This document shows, in pieces, positions 12,914-26,503 of a DNA stretch of 64,000 nucleotides. Source of the DNA: the human T2T-CHM13v2.0 reference genome, Homo sapiens. The translations under genes were made by a program, and so were the position numbers. The stretch is taken from the NCBI RefSeq assembly GCF_009914755.1, contig NC_060929.1, one strand, 5' to 3'. Numbering within the stretch: the stretch's first letter is position 1; the number at the start of each line of letters is the position of its first letter. The notes under the pieces were generated by a model. That model ran no database searches, was not told the origin of the DNA, and saw only the letters and a program-made list of their open reading frames with translations.

Positions 12914-14510
12914 TCAATATAATGAATTCTTTATTTTCAATATATAACTAGCAGTGAAATTGCTGGATCATATGGTAGCTCTAGATTTTTGTGGAACCTC
13001 CAAACTGTTTCCTACAGTGGTTGTACTAACTTATATTTCCACCAACAGTGTACCAGGGTTCCATTTTCTCCACATTTTCACCAGCATTTGATATTGTTAA
13101 CTTTTGGATAAAAGACATTTTAACTGGGATGAGATCATATCTCATTGCAGTTTTGATTTGCATTTTTCTGATAATCAGTGATGTTGAGGCACTTTTCATA
13201 TACCTGTTTTCATTTGCATGTCTTCTTTTGAGAAATGTCTATTCAGGTATTTTTTTCAATTTCTTAATTAGATTATTAGATTTTTTTCCTATAGAGTTGT
13301 TTGAGCTCCTTATATATTCTGGTTATTAATCCCTTATCCAATAGGTAGTTTGCAAATATTTTCTCCCATTCTGTGGGCTGTGTCTATATTTTGTCAATTT
13401 TTTCCTTTGCTGTTCAGAAGACTTTTAACTTGATGTAATTGATTTGTTCAGTTTTGCTTTGCTTGTCTGTGCTTATTGGTATTACTAAAGAAGCCTTCGC
13501 CCACTCTAATGTCCTAGAGAGTTTCCTCAATGTTTTGTTGTAGTAGTTTCATAGTTTGAAGCCTTAAATTTAAGTCTTTAATCCAATTTAATTTGACTTT
13601 TGTATACAGCAAAATATATAAATGTAGTTTCATTTTTTTGTATATAGATATTTAGTTTTCCCAGCACCATTTATTGAAGAGACTGTTGTGTCCCTAACAT
13701 ACGTTCTTGGCATTTTTGTCAAAAATGAGTTCACTGTAGATTTATGGATTCATCTCTAGGTCCTCTGTTGTGTTCCACTTATCTGTGTGTCTGTTTTAAT
13801 GCGAGTACCATGCCATTTTGGTTACTATAGCTCTGTAGTATAATTTAAAGTGAGGTAATGTGATTCCTCCAGTCTTGTTCTTTTTGTTAAGAATAGCTCT
13901 GGCTATTCCGGGTCTTTTGTGGTTTCCTGTAAAATTTAGATTTTTTTTTTTATTTCTATGAAGAATCTTATTGGTAATTTGATTGGGATTGCATTAAATT
14001 TGTAGATTGTTTTGGGTAGTATGGACATTTTGACTATATTGAGTCCTCTAATCCGTGAACACAAATTATCTTTCCATTTCTTTGTCTTCTTCAATTACTT
14101 GCATCAGTGTTTTATAGTTTTCATTGTAGATACCTTTCATTTCTTTGCTTAATTCTTAGATACTTTATTTGTGGCTACTGTAAATGGCATTAATTTATTG
14201 ATTCCTTTTTCAGATTGTTCACTGTTGGCATATAGAAATGCTACTGATTTTTGTATGTTGATTTTGTATCTTGCAACTTTACTGAATTCGTTCTTCAGTT
14301 CTAATAGATTTTTGAATGGAATCTTCAGATTTTTCCAAATATAAGATCATATTATCTGCAAACAAGGATAATTTGACTTCTTCCTTTCCAATTTGAGTGC
14401 CTTTTATTTCTTCCTCACGTCTGATTGCTCTAGCTAGCATTTCCAGTATTATGGTGAGTAATAGTGTTGAAAATGGGCATCCTTGTCATGTTCCCGATCT
14501 TAGAAGAGAA

Positions 14511-14821
14511 GCTTTCAGTTTTTCCTCATTCATTATGAAAATAGCTATGGGTCTGTCACATATGGATTCTATTATGTTGACATATATCTAACATTTTTAG
14601 AGTATTTATCCAGAAGAAATGTTGAATTTTATCAAATGCTTTTTCAGCCTCAGTTGCAATGATCATAGGGCTTTCAGTTTTTCCTCATTCAGCATATAAC
14701 CAGTTATAGGTCTGTCATATATGACTGCTGTTATGTTGACATATGTTTCTTTAGGGTATTTATCCAGAAGAAATGTTGAATTTTATCAAATGCTTTTTCA
14801 GCCTCAATTGTAATGATCATA
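14511..14821. repeat. ~155-bp tandem duplication inside L1 ORF2
   Basis: gctttcagtttttcctcattca...gatcata occurs at 14511-14667 and 14670-14821. Confidence 0.93.
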
Positions 14822-17800
14822 TGACTTGGTCCTTCATTCTGCTGATATGATGTATCACATTGATTGGTTTGCTTATGTTGAACCATCCTTGCATCCCTGA
14901 GATAAATCTCATTTGGTCATAATGAATGATCTTTTTTATGTATTATTGAATTTGATTTGCTAGTATCTTGTTGATAACGTTTTACAACACTATTTATCAG
15001 TGATATTGGATTATAGTTTTCTCTTTCTGATATGTCTTTGTCTGGTTTCAGTATCAGGGTATATACCGGCTTCATATAATGAGTTTGGAAGTATTCACGT
15101 CTCCTCTATTTTTCAGAATAGCTGAAGTAGAATTGGTATTAGTTCTTCTTTATATGTTTGGCAGATTTCAGCAGTGAAGCCATTGGATCCTAGACTCTTG
15201 TTTGCCGGGAGACTTTTATTATAACGTCAATGTTGTTACCTATTTTTGGTCTGTTCAGATTTTGGATTTCCTCATGGTTCAGCCTTGGTAGAATGTATAT
15301 GTCAAGGAATTTATTCATTTCTTCTATATTTTCCAGATCATTGGCAAATAATTGCTCATAGTGGTCACAAATTATCCTTTGAGTTTCTGTGTTATCAGTC
15401 ATAATATCCTTTTTTCATCTCTGATTTTATTTATTTGGGCTCTCTCTCTGTCTCTTTTCAGTTAGTCTGGCTAAAGGTCTGTCAATTTTACTTATCTTTT
15501 CAAAAAACCACCTTGTTTCATTTATGTTTGTGTTGTTTTTGTCACTTAAAATTTACTTGTTTCTGCTCTGATCTTTATTTATTTTTCCTCTGCTAAATTT
15601 GGGTTTGGTTTGCTCTTGCTCTTGCTTTACTAGTTCTTTAAGGTGCATTGTTAGGTTTTTAATTTGATGGGTTTTTTTTTCTTCTTTTGATGTAGGAACT
15701 TATAGCTATAAACTTCCCTTCTAGTACTGTTTTTACTGTATCCCATAGGTTTTGGTATGTTGTATTTTACATCAATTGTTTCAAGAAATTTTTCGTTTCC
15801 TTTTTAAATTCTTCATTCACTCATTGGTCATTCAGGAGCATATTGTTTAATTTCCATGTGTTTGTACAGTTTCCAAAATTCCTCTGGTTGTTGATTGCTA
15901 GTTTTATTTCATTGTGATCAGAGAAGACGCATTATTTCAATTTTTTTGAATGTTTTAATACTTATCTTAATACATAACTAACATATGATCTTTCCTTGAG
16001 AATGATCTATATGCTGAGGAAAAGAGTGTGTATCCTGCAGCCATTTGAGGAAATGTTCTGTAAATATCTATTATATCCACTTGGTCTGTTGCAGGTTAAG
16101 TCTGTTTTTTCTCTATTGCTTTTCTGTCTGAAATATCTTTCCAATGCTGAAACTGGGGTGTTGAAGTCTCCAGCTAGTACTGAATTGGGGTCTGTCTCCC
16201 TCTTTAACTGTGATAATATTTGCTTTATATATCTTGGTGTTCCACTGTTGGGTGCAAATATATTTACAATTGTTATATCCTCTCGCTGAATTGACCCCTT
16301 TATCTTTCTATAGTGACCTTCTTTGTCTTTTCTTAAAGTTTTTGTCTTAAAATCTATTTTGTCTAAGAATAGCGACTCCAGCTCGCTTTTGGTTTCCATT
16401 GACATGGAGTAATTTTTTCCATTCCTTTATTTTCAGTCTGTTTGTCTCTATAGGTGAGGTGTGTTTCTTGCAGAAAACAGATCAATGGACCTTGTTTGTT
16501 TATTCATTCAGCCACTTTACACCTTTTGATTGGCAATTTAGTCCACTTACATGCAATTTATTATTGATAAGTAAGGGCATACTCCTACCATTTTGTTATT
16601 TTGTTTTCTGATTGTTTTGTGGTTTTCTCTTTCTTCTTTTCTTTCTCCTGTCTTTCTTTTAGTGAAGATGATTTTCTCTGGTGGTATAATTTAATTTCTT
16701 TTCAGCTTTTGTGTATCTGTTTTATGATTTGTGATTTGAAGTTACCACGAGGTTAACAAATACTATCTTAGAACCCATTATTTAAATCTTATAACAACTT
16801 AACACTGTCTACATATACAAACAAGCAAAAAAAGCCTAATAAAACTCTATTTTAACTTTGTCCCCCTATGTTTTAATGCTTTGTTGTTTCTATGTATATC
16901 TTATTTTACTGTCTATGTCTTTAACAGTTGTTGTAGGTACTACTTTTGATTGGTTAAAGATAGTCTACACATCAGTTTACAATGCTATAATGTTCTGTGT
17001 TTTTCTGTGTATTTACTATTAGCAGTAAGTTTTGTACCTTCAGGTGAGTTCTTATTACTCATTAATGTCCTTTTATTTCTCATTGAGGTACTCCCATTAG
17101 CATTTCTTGTAACAGGTCTGGGGTTGATGAAATAACTCAGTTTTCATTTGTCTGTTCTTTATTTCTCCTTCATGTTTGCACAGTATTTTCACTGATTACA
17201 TTATTCTAGAGTAAAAGTTATTTTTATTATTTTTTTTTTCCATCAGCACTTTAAATATTTCATGCCACTCTCTCCTGATCTATAAGGTTTCCACTGGAAA
17301 GTTTTCACCAGACATATTGGAGTTCCACTGTGTGTTATTTATGCTTTTTCTCTTGTTGCTTTTAAGATTCTTTCTGTATCATTGACCTTTCAGAGTTTAA
17401 TTATTAAATGCCTTGAGGTTGACTTTTGTGGGTTAATCTGCTTCATGTTCTATAACCTTCTTATACTTGGATACTGATATCTTTCTCTAGGTTTGGGAAG
17501 TTCTCTGTAATTATCCCTTTGAAAACCTTTTACCCTTATCTCTTTCATTACCTCCTCTTTAAGGTCAATGACTCTTAGGTATACCCTTTTGGGGCTATTT
17601 TTTAGACCCCATAGGCATGCTTCATTGCTTTATATTCTTTTTTCTTTTGTGTCCTCTGACTGTGTACTCTCAGATAGTCTGTCTTCAACCTCACTGATTC
17701 ATTTTTCTGATTGAACAATTCTGTTATGAAAAGACTAATGCATTCTTGATCATGTCAATTGCATGTTTTAACTCCAGAATTTCTGCCTGATTTTAAAAAA

Positions 17801-18302
17801 ATATTTCAATCTCCCTGTTAAACTTATCTGATAAGATTCTTAATTTCTTCTCTGTATTATCATGAATTTCTTTGAGTTTCCTCAAAAAAGCTATGTGAAT
17901 TCTCTGTTTGAAAGGTCACATATCTCTCTTTCTCCAGGATTGGTCCCTGTTTCCTTATTTAGTTCATTTAATGAGGGCATGTTTTCCTGGATGGTCTTCA
18001 TGCTTGTACATATTTGTTTGTGTCTGTGCATTGAAGGGTTAGGTGTTTGTTGCAGTCTTCACAGTCTGAACTTGTTTGCACTTGTCTCTCTTGATAAGGT
18101 TTTCCAGGTATTTGAAAGGACCTGGGTGTTGCGATCTAAGCCATATCTGCATTAGAGGGCACCCCAAGCTCAGTAATGCTGCAGTTCTTGCAGACTCATA
18201 GATGTACGACCTCGTTGGTCTTGGGTAAGATCTGGAAGAATTCTCTGAATTACCAGGAAGAGACCCTTGTTTTTTTCTCTTACTTTCTCTCAAGCAAGTG
18301 GA

Positions 18303-18305
<3 letters not shown>

Positions 18306-18335
<30 letters not shown>
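18306..18335. repeat. (CT)n microsatellite
   Basis: Direct read. Confidence 0.95.
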
Positions 18336-18338
<3 letters not shown>

Positions 18339-19706
18339 GCCACCTGGAGTTGAGAGTAGGGTGACACAAGCACCCCTGTGGCCACCTCTGCTGGGATCGT
18401 GCTGGGTTAGACCTGAAGGAAGCACAGCACTGAGTCTTGCCTAAGGCCTGCTGTAACCAATACCTGGATACTACCTATATTTGTTCAATGCCCTGTGTTT
18501 CTACAATCATCAGGTGTTGAAGCCAGCATTCGTGTCCTCCCCTTCAGGGTTATAAGTTCCCCCAGATGCCAGGCAGGTCCAGATGTGACATCAGGGAGCC
18601 ACGGACTGGAGCCAAAAATCTTACAAGTCTTCCTGGTGTTCTATTGTACTGTAGCCAAGCTGTCACTCAAAACATGAGATGCATTTTCATTCTTCTTTCC
18701 ACTATTTACAGGCAGAGGAATTTCACCCCATGGCCACCACCATCACAGGCCCACAGGGAGCACTGCCAGGCTACTGCCAATGTTCCCTTAAGGCCCAAGA
18801 GCTCTTTAGTCAGCTTGTGGTGAATGCTGCCTGGCCTGGGACTCACCCTTCAGGTCAGTGAGCTATCCTGTGGCCCATGGCAGGTCCAGAAATATCTTCC
18901 AACAGAAAAGGCTTGGAACTGGGGACCCCAAGAGCCTGCTTCATGCTCTACTCCACTGTGGCTGACCTGGTACCTGAAGCCAGCTAGTCTCAAGAGTCTC
19001 ACCCAAGGCCCACAGTGTACTACCTTTATCACTGCTGGTTATTCAGGCCCCAAAGCCTTTTTAGTCAGCAGGTGATGGATCCTGCCAGGACTGGGCTCTT
19101 CCCTATAAAGCAGTGGGTTCCTTTATGGCCCAGGGTGTGTCTAGAAATATCTAGGAGCTAGGGCCCAGATAGGGGACCTTGCAACTCTGACTGTTGCCCT
19201 ATCCTGCTGTGGCTGAGCTGGTATCCACGATACAAGGTAAAGTAATAGTAGGTACATAGTAATTAGCCATTTGCATTTAATTTAATTTCATTTCTTGTTC
19301 AGTTAAAGTCAGATCACACAGCTAAATAAATATATGAATGTTTAAGTGATTGCTTAAACACTTGAGAATTAGAAAGTTTTCTAATATCAAATGAAATATT
19401 GTTATATATTGACTCCACTGTGTTAGAATTCAGAGCTAGTAGTAATTATGAATTTCCAAACTCCCATGTTTAACCCTTTTTTAATTGCTATTAGTGCATT
19501 TTTAAATGTTTTTTAAATATATAACAATATTTGAATTTTTATTCTTTCTAGTAAACTCTTAATTATTAAAGAGAAAGAGACTCATATAAATGTTCATTGG
19601 AAATAATGTGAACTCAGTAAATATCTGGGCAAAAGAATCCAAACAAATGCATTATAGTGGTAAAATCTGCTGTTCCTTGCAGACTGATGTGTGAACAGAA
19701 TCATGA

Positions 19707-19707
<1 letters not shown>

Positions 19708-19740
<33 letters not shown>
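19708..19740. repeat. (CA)~16 microsatellite
   Basis: Direct read. Confidence 0.97.
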
Positions 19741-19745
<5 letters not shown>

Positions 19746-20679
19746 TCCTCAAAGGGACAGAGTTGACAAATGAAAGATTCTCCTTGCATGACCTTAAAAT
19801 AATCTAATATTTCTCCATTATTACACAAAGGAGTTATTGCAGTTTTATTTTTGATCTCAACTGAATAAGGGCTCACCTTTTGATGGTTGCCATTTTATGC
19901 TTTTTGTGTGTAATAACTGCCTTGACATTTATGGTGCTCCAACGTGTCTTTCTTAATGTGAAGGAATCATCTGTGCATTAATGAACTGGCTTGATGTATC
20001 TGCCAAACCTTTCAAAGATGCAATTAAATCCCTGTAAGAACTTGTGTGAATGGCATGATTTATTGTAATCTAAGAAGAAGTATAAACAAAAAGTAATTAA
20101 TTTTTAAGGTGGCAATCAAGTAGTACAACATAAGAACTACATCTATTGAACTCCATCTACATAGAGCATAATAACAACATGCTATTTTTTAAATGTCTCA
20201 TCAAATTTCAAATAGTACTTTTGGGAAAATGTTCAACTTTATTACTGTTCCAAAAATTTTAAATTAAAACTATGGGGTATCATTCTCATCTATAAAACTA
20301 GAAAACTTAAATTAGACACAGCAGGAACATGAAAATTCAAGGTTAGGAAAGGAATGTTGAAATGAATACTACTTGACATCATTAATGGCAGGATGAGCAG
20401 CAATCTTGCTGTTTTTTTTTTAAATAATTTTTCAATATATATTAGAAGCCTAAAAATGTCATAATACTATAGTTCATAAACTACCCTTTTTAAATAGCCA
20501 TAAATATAGGATTAATTCCTGAGGATCACTATGACATTCATTTTTTATATATCTACCATCAAAGTAAACACCCAAAATATCCAAGAATAAAGGAATAATA
20601 CATTTAACTATGTTAATGCACCAGAGAAATTGTATTCGGCACTTTAGGTGATACTTAATTATACCAAATGCATTTTTTA

Positions 20680-20900
20680 TGTAGCACATATTGAGTACAT
20701 TTGTGAAGGGAACTATCCTAATCGATTTACATTTAGTTCTTATAAGGCTTATTTCTTGTGAGATCTAATATTTTTCTCAATTTACTGACGAAGATCATTT
20801 TGATTAAAGTAACTTGCTTAGGGTCACACTGCTCATGTGTAATGAAGCAAAGAGTAGAAATATGTCCAATTAGAAAAATCCATGCTCTTAACCCTTGAAG
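20680..20900 (-). mobile_element. MIR SINE
   Basis: tttactgacgaagat...taaagtaacttgcttagggtcacactgct...ccatgctcttaacc matches the antisense MIR core and head. Confidence 0.7.
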
Positions 20901-20999
20901 CATACTGACTATTTAGTGATGTTGTAATTTTATTGAGCCAAAAAATACTCAAATACATTCTCTGTGTATACATTAAATGTTTAAACTGGATTGTTACAA

Positions 21000-21003
<4 letters not shown>

Positions 21004-21037
<34 letters not shown>

Positions 21038-21070
21038 CCCTCCCCCCATCTTTCTCTTTCTCCCTCTTTT
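21004..21070. repeat. (CT)n microsatellite / pyrimidine tract
   Basis: Direct read. Confidence 0.95.
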
Positions 21071-21559
21071 GCTTTTGTCCCTTATCATTCTTGGTATATT
21101 AGGCATACATTCCTAATATATAGGTATAGTTGACTAGGTTGAGTTGTTATTTGCACACATTATTTTCCTTCAAGGGTCACAAAAGACTTTTGTTTTTCTC
21201 AGTCGACCTGCTTGACTTAGTCTTCAATAATCTATATTATACTGAGTTCAAAATTACGGAGGTTTCTTAATCAAAAATTTGCATCTTTGTGTGGTTGTCT
21301 CCATGCATTGCAGACCTGTTTGACATACCCCTTTTTGGGGTGAGTCTGGAACATAAAGAATATCTTTGAATGGGACTTGTGAGAAGCAATCATGCAAGTC
21401 TGTAATGACATATGATCAAATTAAAAAATAAGAAGAGAAATGCTATTATCCAGAATATATTGTTTTTAATATTATAAACACAGGATATGTTTTTATATGA
21501 ATTCAGAGGATTTTTTTTCTTTAAGGTCCATTCTCTTCTCTTTTCCTTATGGCACCTTT

Positions 21560-22196
<637 letters not shown>

Positions 22197-24830
22197 TAAG
22201 AAATCATATATATATATATGATATACCTGTATATCATACACAATACATATATATCATAGAAATCTGTGGAGATTATATAATGTGCTCATGGAATTGCACT
22301 GATCTTATGAATTCTATCTAAAAGGATGTCTAGAAGTGAGGTGTATGGGGTTTTTGAGCTGGTCCTGTAAGAGGTAGAAGAGGATATGTTTTCAGGATAA
22401 TTTGTCTATGGCACACTATTCTCCATAAAGCATACGACTTTGACTTTATTATGTACTCTTGAATTTTATTGCATCTTTTTAACCATTCATGGTGAACATA
22501 ATGTGGACTAAAGGTATGAATATTTAACTCTAAATATATATAATGTGGGAAAGTAGCTTCAAGATTGTTGACTAGATACATCTGGTATTTGCTCTTCCAC
22601 AAAGAGAACCAAAATAGTGAGTAGATAACTACACACTTAAAATAGATCACCTAAGAGAGGACACTGGAATTCAACAAAGAAGTGACAGGGAACATCTAAA
22701 GCAAGGAAACATAGGAAAGCAAAGCAGTTGCTTGGCTGGGATTGGTTGGGAACTTGGAGAGACTCCAAATAGGGGGAAAGGGAGATTCTCAGTGTTCTAT
22801 ATTTTCACCATGCTATCCTATTGATGGGAGAGCCCCTTGACCCAGTTGGATGCTGAAATCAACATGGGGAGCTGCCTGGAGAAAATGCAATAGGATCGCT
22901 CTGGAGAGGGGGCCCACAGGGTGTCCCCCAAACCCTCAAGTCCTAAGCAGCTGCCACTTTAAGGGTCAAAGCTCAAGTGAAGTGTACCCCCCAAATGGCT
23001 GCCTACAGTTGTTTCCACTGAAAGCAACTCCACCTTCCCCAATAGAAGGGCTACAGGCACAGCAGCTGCCTCCACCAAGCATTCTGCTGGTGGCCTCAAG
23101 ATTGCCCTGCACCTGCCTAACACAGAAAGTGCCTGTATGTGCTATCAGGGGACCTGAGGGCAGGTCTTCTTGGCCCAATTTCACTCCCCCCAGTACCTGG
23201 GCACACTGTCCAGAGCCTGGAGATTGCCCAGCCCAGTCCACCACATTGGCACCTGAGAACATCTCTCAGTTGCCTGAGCTTGGACCCACTCAGCAGGCCT
23301 CTGCCAACATATCTGATACCCATCTACACATGCCACACTTGAACCTGGAAACTGGCCCACCCCACCCATTACAACCAACACCAACACCATTGTGAACCAC
23401 TTGGGGCCTTTAAAGTTGTCCCAACTTTGCTACTGTCATCACACCTGCCACACCTGTTACCCAGGGGCATGAGAACCTTCCCACCTTTCCAGCCCACTGC
23501 TACCATTTCTTGCATCTGACAAAGCTGCTGCAAGGTTCAAGAACTGGCCTGCCTGCACCTGCTAACATTGACACCACCCTTGGACCAAAGAACAGTTATA
23601 CTTGATCCGTCACTGCCACCAAAGGGGCCCAACTGGTATCCCAGTCACTACAGGCTCCGGTAGCAACTGCATCCTAAGCCACTGAGGAAATCAGTCACCA
23701 CTGATCCTGTTACTGCCAAAAAAAATCAAATGGAAGACATGCTATTGTATGCAAGCACAATCAAAGCCAACATGCACTACATCCAGATACAGGAAGCCCA
23801 GAAATTCTGAAGTAGATACAAATCAAAAAGGTCTTTTCTACAGCACATTATAATCAAAATGACAAAATCAAAGACAAAGAGAGAAGTCTAAACAAAGTAT
23901 GAGAAAAGCACATAGTCATTTGTAAACAAACTCCTATCAGACTAGTGCAGTTTTCTCAGCAGAAACCTCACTGATCAGGAGAGAATGAGATGATATATTC
24001 AAAGTGCTGAAAGAAAAATAAAAACTTCCAGCCAAGGATACAATACTCATAAAGTTATCATTCATAGATGAAGGATGATGTTCTACTCATTCTTTCTCAG
24101 ATAAACAAAAGTTGAGGGAATTTATCACCACCAGATCAGCCCTCTGATAAATGCTTAAGGGAGTCCCACATCCAAAAGTGAAAGAATGATGTTTACCATC
24201 ATGAAAAACATTAAAATATAAAACCCAACTTGCTGGTAAAGCAAACAAGGAGTGAAAAATATTTAAATTATACTGTTACAGAAAACTAACAAACCACAAT
24301 GGTAAGAAAAGGGAAAGGAACAAATGATATACAAAACAAACAAATCAATTAATGACATAAAAGGAATAAGCTCACTTATATCAATAATAACCTTGAATGT
24401 AAACAAATAAAGCTTTCCACTTAAAAGATACAGACTTGTTAAATGGACTTAAAAAATAATTCCACTAGGTACTCCCTAAAAGAAAGTCAGATATGACATG
24501 TAAACACACATATAGGCGAGAAGTTTAAATAGATTAATTTACCACTGATACCACAGAAATCCAAAAAATTCATCAGAGAATACTATGAAAACTGGATACT
24601 AAGAAAGAAACTGGAAGACCAAGAGGAAATGAATAAATTTCTAGATACATATGACCTATCCATATTGAATTAAGAAGAAATAGAAAACTTGAACAGTCCA
24701 ATAACAAGGAATGAGATTGGATCAGTAATAAAAAGGCTCAGGATAAGATAGCATTAGTGCTGAATTTTATTGAACTTTCAAAGAAGAACTAACACCAATT
24801 CTTATCCAGCTATTTCACAGAAATGAAGAG

Positions 24831-25349
24831 TATTCCATGGTGTATATGTGTCACATTTTCTTTATCCATTCTATCATTGATGGGCATTTGGGTTGGTTCC
24901 AAGTCTTTGTTATTGTAAATAGTGCTGCAGTAAACATACATGTGCATGTGTCTTTATAGTAGAATGATTTATAATTTTTTGGATATATACCAGTAACGGC
25001 TTTGCTGGGTCAAATTGTACCATGTCCTTTGCAGGAACATGGATGAAGCTAGAAGCCATCATTCTCAGCAAACTAACATAGGAACAGAAAGCCAAACACA
25101 GTATGTTCTACTCATAAGTGGGAGTTGAACAATGAGAACACATGGACACAGGGAAGGGAACAACACACGCTGGAGCCTGTTGAGCGATGAGGGACAAGGG
25201 GAGGGAGATCATTAGGACAACTATCTAACACATGCAGGGCTTAAAACCTAGATGATGGGTTGATAGGTTCAGCAAACCACCATGGCACATGTATACCTAT
25301 CTAACAAACCTGAAAATTCTGCAGATATATCCTGGAACTTAAAAAAAAA
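24831..25349 (+). mobile_element. L1PA8-like 3' fragment with 5' inversion (24831-25019 antisense), nested in L1MA4
   Basis: TSD aaatgaagag (24821-24830) / aaatggaagag (25347-25357); gcttaaaacctagatgatgggttgatagg 3' UTR. Confidence 0.9.
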
Positions 25350-26162
25350 TGGAAGAGGAGAGAATTCTACTCAACTAATTCTATGAGGCCAGCATTATCC
25401 TAATACCAAAACCAGACAAGGATGCAACACAAAAAGAAAACTACAAACACATATTCCTGATGAACATAGACACAAAAATTCTCAGTAAAATACTAGCAAA
25501 CCAAATCCAACAGCACATTAAAAAGATAATACACCATTATCAAGTGGGATTTATCTCAGGGATTCAAGAATGGTTCAACATATGCAAATCAATAAGCATG
25601 ACATCAATAGAAGACAAAAACCATATGATCATCTCAAAATACCCAGCAAAAGCATTAAAGTTAACATCAATTTATGATAAAAACTCTCAAAAACTGCGCA
25701 TAGAAGGAACAAATCTCAAAATAATAAAGGTAATACATGAGAAACCCATTGCCAGCATCATGCTGAATGGAGAAATGCTGAAAGCCTCTAATAGCTGGAA
25801 CAAGACCAATTATGCCCACTTTCACCACTCCTAATCAAAATAGGACTGGAAGTTTTAGCCAGAGGAATCAGGCAAGAGAAAGGTATAAAAGGAATCAAAG
25901 TGGAAAAGAAAAAGTAAAATCGTCCCTCATTACAGATGATATAATCTTATATTTTGAAAAACCTAAAGAATCCACCAAAAAATCCTCTTAGATCTGGTAA
26001 ATAAATTGCATAATTTTGGGACACAAATCAGCATACAAAAATCAAGAGCATTTCTATACACCAAAAACTAGATAGCTGAGAAAGAAATCAAGAAATCAAT
26101 TCAATTTATAATAGCTACAAAAATACTGAGAAATAAATTTAACCAAGAAGGTAGAAGACCTC

Positions 26163-26503
26163 TGGTATGGATATGGTTTGGCTCTGTGGCCCTACCCAAA
26201 TCTCATCTCAAATTGTAATTCCCAGGGGAGGGAGCTGATGGGAGGTGATTCGATCATGTAGGCAGTTTCCCTCATGCTGTTCTCCTGATACAGTTCTCAC
26301 AAGATCTGGTTGTTTCATAAGTGTATGAGTCTTCCCACTTCTCTCTCGGGCCACCATGTAAGACATGCCTACCTGTCTGCCTTCTGCCATGACTGTAAGT
26401 TTCCTGGGGCCTCCCTAGCTACGTGGAACTGTGAGTTAATTAAACCTCTTGTCTTTATAAGTTACCCAGTCTCTTTATAACAGTGTGAAAACAGGCTAAT
26501 ATA
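26163..26503 (+). mobile_element. THE1D/MSTA-like solo LTR nested in L1 ORF2
   Basis: atatggtttggctctgtggccctacccaaatctcatc...attaaacctctt...ctaatata; flanks acctc / acccg. Confidence 0.92.

Larger units (their letters stand above)
12910..19245 (-). mobile_element. Long L1 (L1MA/L1M1-L1PB era) with ORF2, ORF1 and repetitive 5' UTR; 3' UTR missing
   Basis: ORF 16007..16405 gives endonuclease (DKIDFKTK...GSIQREDITIVNIFAPN...AGDFNTP); ORF 15190..15402 gives QLFANDLENIEEMNKFLD; GC-richer repeated 5' UTR at 18350-19240. Confidence 0.92.

Noticed and set aside
22850-23395. Longest ORF (181 aa, Pro-rich) and overlapping ORFs
   Set aside because: Lies in the GC-richer 5' UTR of the L1MA4 element; no recognisable domain or splice structure
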